DNA from: an uncultured Acidobacteriota bacterium
GTDB lineage: Bacteria > Acidobacteriota > Vicinamibacteria > Vicinamibacterales > SCN-69-37
NCBI GenBank assembly: GCA_963751445.1
Contig: CAVVUL010000008.1
Span: forward strand, 130,555-194,554
Length of the DNA stretch: 64,000 nucleotides
Direction of reading: 5' to 3'
Part shown: positions 60,489-64,000 of the stretch, in pieces
Position numbering within the stretch: the stretch's first letter is position 1
Layout: every line of letters starts with the position of its first letter
Made by a program: the position numbers and the translations under genes
Notes under the pieces: generated by a model
What the model was told of the DNA's origin: nothing
The model's input: the letters and a program-made list of their open reading frames with translations, nothing else
Database searches by the model: none

Positions 60489-61550
60489 CTAGCGGCTCCA
60501 GCCGCGGCGCGCAACCGATTCCACGCAGATACTGCGCCCAATCGCGGGCGCGATGATGCGCAACTCGGCCATCAGGCGATCGAACTGCGCCGGGAACAAC
60601 GACTGGGCGCCGTCGGAGCGGGCGCGATCCGGATCCAGTGCACCTCGATCAGCAGCCCGTCGGCGCCGGCAGCCACCGCCGCGCGCGCCATCGGCGCCAC
60701 CTTGTCGCGGCGACCCGTCCCGTGGCTGGGATCGACGACCACGGGCAGGTGACTCAACTGCTGCACCACGGGAATCGCGGAAATGTCGAGCGTGTTGCGC
60801 GTGTAGCTCTCGAACGTCCGGATGCCCCGCTCGCAAAGGATGACGTTCTTGTTGCCGCCGGCAAGCACGTACTCCGCCGACAGCAGCCATTCCTCAATCG
60901 TCGCGGAAATCCCGCGCTTGAGCAGCACGGGCTTTTGCGCGCGTGCCCGAGCTCGCGCAGCAGCGAAAAGTTCTGCATGTTGCGCGCGCCCACCTGCAGG
61001 ATGTCGCGCGTACTGCTCGATCAACGTCGATCTGGCTCGACCTCCATCACCTCGGTGATGAGCTTGAGGTCGTGCCGATCCGCCGCGGCCCGCAGCATGC
61101 GCAGCCCGGCTTCACCCAGCCCCTGAAAACTGTACGGGGAGCTCCGCGGTTTGAAGGCTCCGCCGCGTAGGATCTTCGCGCCCGCGCGTTTGACGGCCGC
61201 CGCCGAGGCTTCCACCTGCTCTTCGGATTCGGCCGAGCACGGGCCGGCCATCACGATCACTTCCTCGCCGCCAATGCGGACATCGCCAATCGCGACGACC
61301 GTGTTCTCCGGCTTGAACGTGCGACTCGCCAACTTGTAGGGCTCGGTGATCCGCAGGACTTCCTGCACGCCGTCTTGAATGGCGAGCAACTGCGTGTCGC
61401 CATCCCCGTGACCGACGGCGCCGATCACGGTCGCGATTGGCGCCACGCGACCGGTGCACGTCGAATCCCATCTCGAGGAGCTGGGCGACGACGGCCTCAA
61501 CCTGGGCCTCGGTCGCCCGCTCCTTCATGACAATGACCATACGGCTCCTG
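60489..61550 (-). CDS. aroF: 3-deoxy-7-phosphoheptulonate (DAHP) synthase, type I-beta with N-terminal ACT-like domain (frame-broken)
   Basis: [73 protein letters not shown] and [12 protein letters not shown]. Confidence 0.8.
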
Positions 61551-61559
61551 CAGTCCTCG

Positions 61560-62421
61560 ATGACTGCGCGCTCGGCGCGCCAGAACGATTCTACAGCGAG
61601 CCCGGCGCACCGGTGGCACCAGGAACGCCCGTCGACCTTCAGCCAGCGCACGAACCGCTCCACCGCCGGCCGGCGGCCGTCCCGCCGCGGCATCGCCGCA
61701 ATCACCTCCACGATGGCGCTGCCCACCACCGCCGCATCGGCGTACGCGCCAACTCCGCGACGTGCTCGGGCTGACTGACGCCGAACCCCAGCGCCACGGG
61801 CAGCGCCGCGTGCCGGCGGAGCGGGCGACCAGCGGCGCCGCAGTCGCCGCGACGGCGTGGCGCGCGCCGGTCACACCCAGTCGCGAGATGGCGTACAGGA
61901 ATCCGCGGCCCAGCGCGGCCCGCCTCCGCCAGCCGCGCCGTCCGTCGTCGTGGGGCTGACCAGGAAGATCTGATCGAGGCCGCGCGCGCCGAGCGCGTCG
62001 CGCATCCCGGCCGATTCCTCAATCGGCAGGTCGAGCAGGAGCACGCCGTCCACGCCGGCCTCGGCGCGTCGCGCGACGAACGCCTCCGGCCCCATCCGCA
62101 ACACCGGATTGACGTAGGTGAAGAGCACGATCGGCGCGGACACGTCGCCGCGCGACGTCCGCGATCAATCGAGCGAACGGTCCAGTGTGCCGCCCGCCGC
62201 GAGCGACGCGCTCCGATCGCCCGCTGAATCGACCGGGCCGTCGGCGATCGGATCGGAGAACGGCACGCCGACTTCAATGAGGTCCGCGCCGCCGCGCTCC
62301 AAGGCGCCGCAGGATGTCTTCGGACGCCGCGAGGTCCGGATCGCCGGCCGTCACGTAGGTCACCAGCCCGCGCGCTCCCGGCGAACGCATCGCCGTCAAA
62401 GCGCGCCGTCAATGCGCCCAT
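61560..62421 (-). CDS. trpA: Tryptophan synthase alpha chain (frame-broken; stop not resolved, frame runs into aroF)
   Basis: [53 protein letters not shown] and [12 protein letters not shown]. Confidence 0.8.
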
Positions 62422-63674
62422 CGATGCTCTCCCTCGGCCTCCCCGCCGTGCCCGGCGTCTCGCGCCTGGAGCAGGCCGCGCACGTGTCCACGTCCTTGTC
62501 GCCGCGGCCGGAGACATTCACGAGCATCACCGTTCCGCCCGGCAGGCGCGGCAGTTCGCGCTCGCGCCCACGCCAGCGCATGCGCCGACTCCAGCGCGGG
62601 CAGGATGCCTTCATGCTTCGCCAGCCACTCGAATCCCTCGAGCGCCGCGGCGTCATCGATCCACGCGTATTCCGTTCGACCGCGAGACGCGAGCCAGGCG
62701 TGCTCCGGCCCCACGGACGCGTAGTCGAGGCCCGGCTGATACCGAATGCGTCGGCAGGATGTTCCCGGAGTCGTCCTGCAGCACGAGGCTGCGGGTGCCG
62801 TGCAGCACGCCGGTCGCGCCGCCGGCAAAGCGGGCCGCGTGGTCGCCCGGCCTGATGCCGCGCCCGCCGGCTTCCACACCGACGAGCCGCACCGCGGCAT
62901 CATCGATGAAGGCGTCGAAGATGCCCATCGCATTGCTGCCGCCGCCGACGCACGCGACCACCAGATCGGGCAGCCGGCCGGCGGCCTCGAGAATCTGCGG
63001 CCGGGCTTCCTGTCCGATGACGGACTGGAACTCGCGAACCATGAGCGGATACGGATGCGGCCCCAGGACCGACCCGAGGAGGTAGTAGGTCGTGTCGGCG
63101 TTCGCGACCCAGTCGCGCAACGCTTCGTTGATGGCGTCTTTCAGCGTGCGGCTGCCGCTGTGCACGGCCTCGACCGTCGCGCCGAGCACCTGCATGCGAA
63201 AGACATTCAGCGCCTGGCGCGCCATGTCCTCGGCGCCCATGTAGACGACGCACTCCAGGCCGAGCAGCGCGCAGACCGTCGCCGTCGCCACGCCGTGCTG
63301 GCCGGCGCCGGTCTCGGCCACGATGCGCTGCTTCCCCATCCGCGCCGCCAGCAGCGCCTGGCCGAGCGCGTTGTTGATCTTGTGCGCGCCGGTATGCGCG
63401 AGGTCCTCGCGCTTGAGAAACAGCCGCGCGCCACGCTCGCCCGCCGCGCCGCGCGCCTCATGCAGCGGCGTCGGCCGGCCGACGTACGTCGCCAGCAGGT
63501 GGCGCAGCCGCGCGATGAACGCCGGATCCTGGCGCGCCTCGAAGTACGCCGGCCTCGAGCGCGTCGACGGGCGCCATCAGCGTCTCCGGCACATAGCGGC
63601 CGCCGAACTCGCCGAAGTAGCCCGCGGCGATCCGGATCCCGGCGCCCGAAGACCGGACCCGCTCCCGTGGTCAC
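62396..63674 (-). CDS. trpB: Tryptophan synthase beta chain (frame-broken)
   Basis: [29 protein letters not shown] (PLP Lys), [22 protein letters not shown] and [10 protein letters not shown]. Confidence 0.85.
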
Positions 63675-64000
63675 GCCCGGTCACGACGGCTCTCCCGATC
63701 GGCGCGCGCCACCGCCGCCATGAGCGCCGCGATCTTCGCGTCGCTCTTCAGGCCCGGCCGCAGTTCCACGCCAGACGACACATCAATCCCCCACGGCCTC
63801 ACGGCCCGAATCGCGTCGCGCACATTGGTCGGCGTTCGAGTCCGCCGGCGAGCAGGATCGGACGACCCGCCGCGAGCGACCGAGCCATCGCCCAATTGGC
63901 GAGCTGGCCCGTGCCGCCCCGGCGCGCGGCATCGCCGGCGTCGACGAGCACGGTCACGTCCGCCTGCCAGGCCCGCGCTCGTCGCAGGTCCGCCGCGTCG
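63671..64000 (-). CDS. trpF: Phosphoribosylanthranilate isomerase, 3-prime part (continues beyond the window; one frame break)
   Basis: LAGGL..NVRDAIRAVRPWGIDVSSGVE..PGLKSDAKIAALMAAV. GTGA overlap with the trpB start. Confidence 0.7.
   Translation of the reverse strand, partial: RRGGPATSAGLAGGRDRARRRRRCRAPGRHGPARQLGDGSVARGGSSDPARRRTRTPTNVRDAIRAVRPWGIDVSSGVELRPGLKSDAKIAALMAAVARADRESRRDRA

Overview
High-GC (about 68-70% by eye) bacterial chromosome segment. I recognised no rRNA, tRNA, transposase, integrase, phage or CRISPR-Cas genes. An Acidobacteriota-like soil Gram-negative is only a guess. Layout: (i) 168-24723 is one co-directional minus-strand block. In transcription order it reads: canonical sigma-54 promoter, NusG paralog, EF-hand-like lipoprotein, degenerate REC-AAA+-HTH regulator, small tail-anchored protein, OM beta-barrel, short OPX, PCP/BY-kinase, Wzx, GT-B glycosyltransferases interleaved with a Wzy-like polymerase, AsnB-family amidotransferase, carbamoyltransferase, the last of eight glycosyltransferases, priming sugar transferase, and a geranylgeranyl-reductase-family flavoprotein. 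This is a Wzx/Wzy-type exopolysaccharide locus with an unusual regulatory head. (ii) 24894-31605 holds TerC, then a divergent heat-shock unit hspR-cbpA-clpB-ftsH with a sigma-70 promoter overlapped by a HAIR-like operator. (iii) 31769-36486 is an orphan minor-pilin operon: three prepilin-type genes plus an approximately 849-aa PilX-like giant, behind a sigma-54-like promoter. (iv) 36523-64000 is housekeeping: scoAB, rho, glcD-like, aspartate aminotransferase, coaD, rsmD, recG, an ECF sigma/anti-sigma/Spy-like module, pfkB kinase, lexA-DUF3467-nth, zincin, rsmA, rnj, ftsK, an amidase, pepA, a JAMM protein and aroF-trpA-trpB-trpF. Two families of GC-rich hairpin (REP-like) repeats mark gene ends and bracket rho. 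Major caveat: roughly 35 of about 56 recognisable genes, including ftsH, ftsK, clpB, recG and lexA, can only be read by changing frame one or more times. I treat this as consensus indel error, not decay. Boundaries of frame-broken genes are therefore approximate. All family calls come from motif and sequence recognition by eye; no database search was run.
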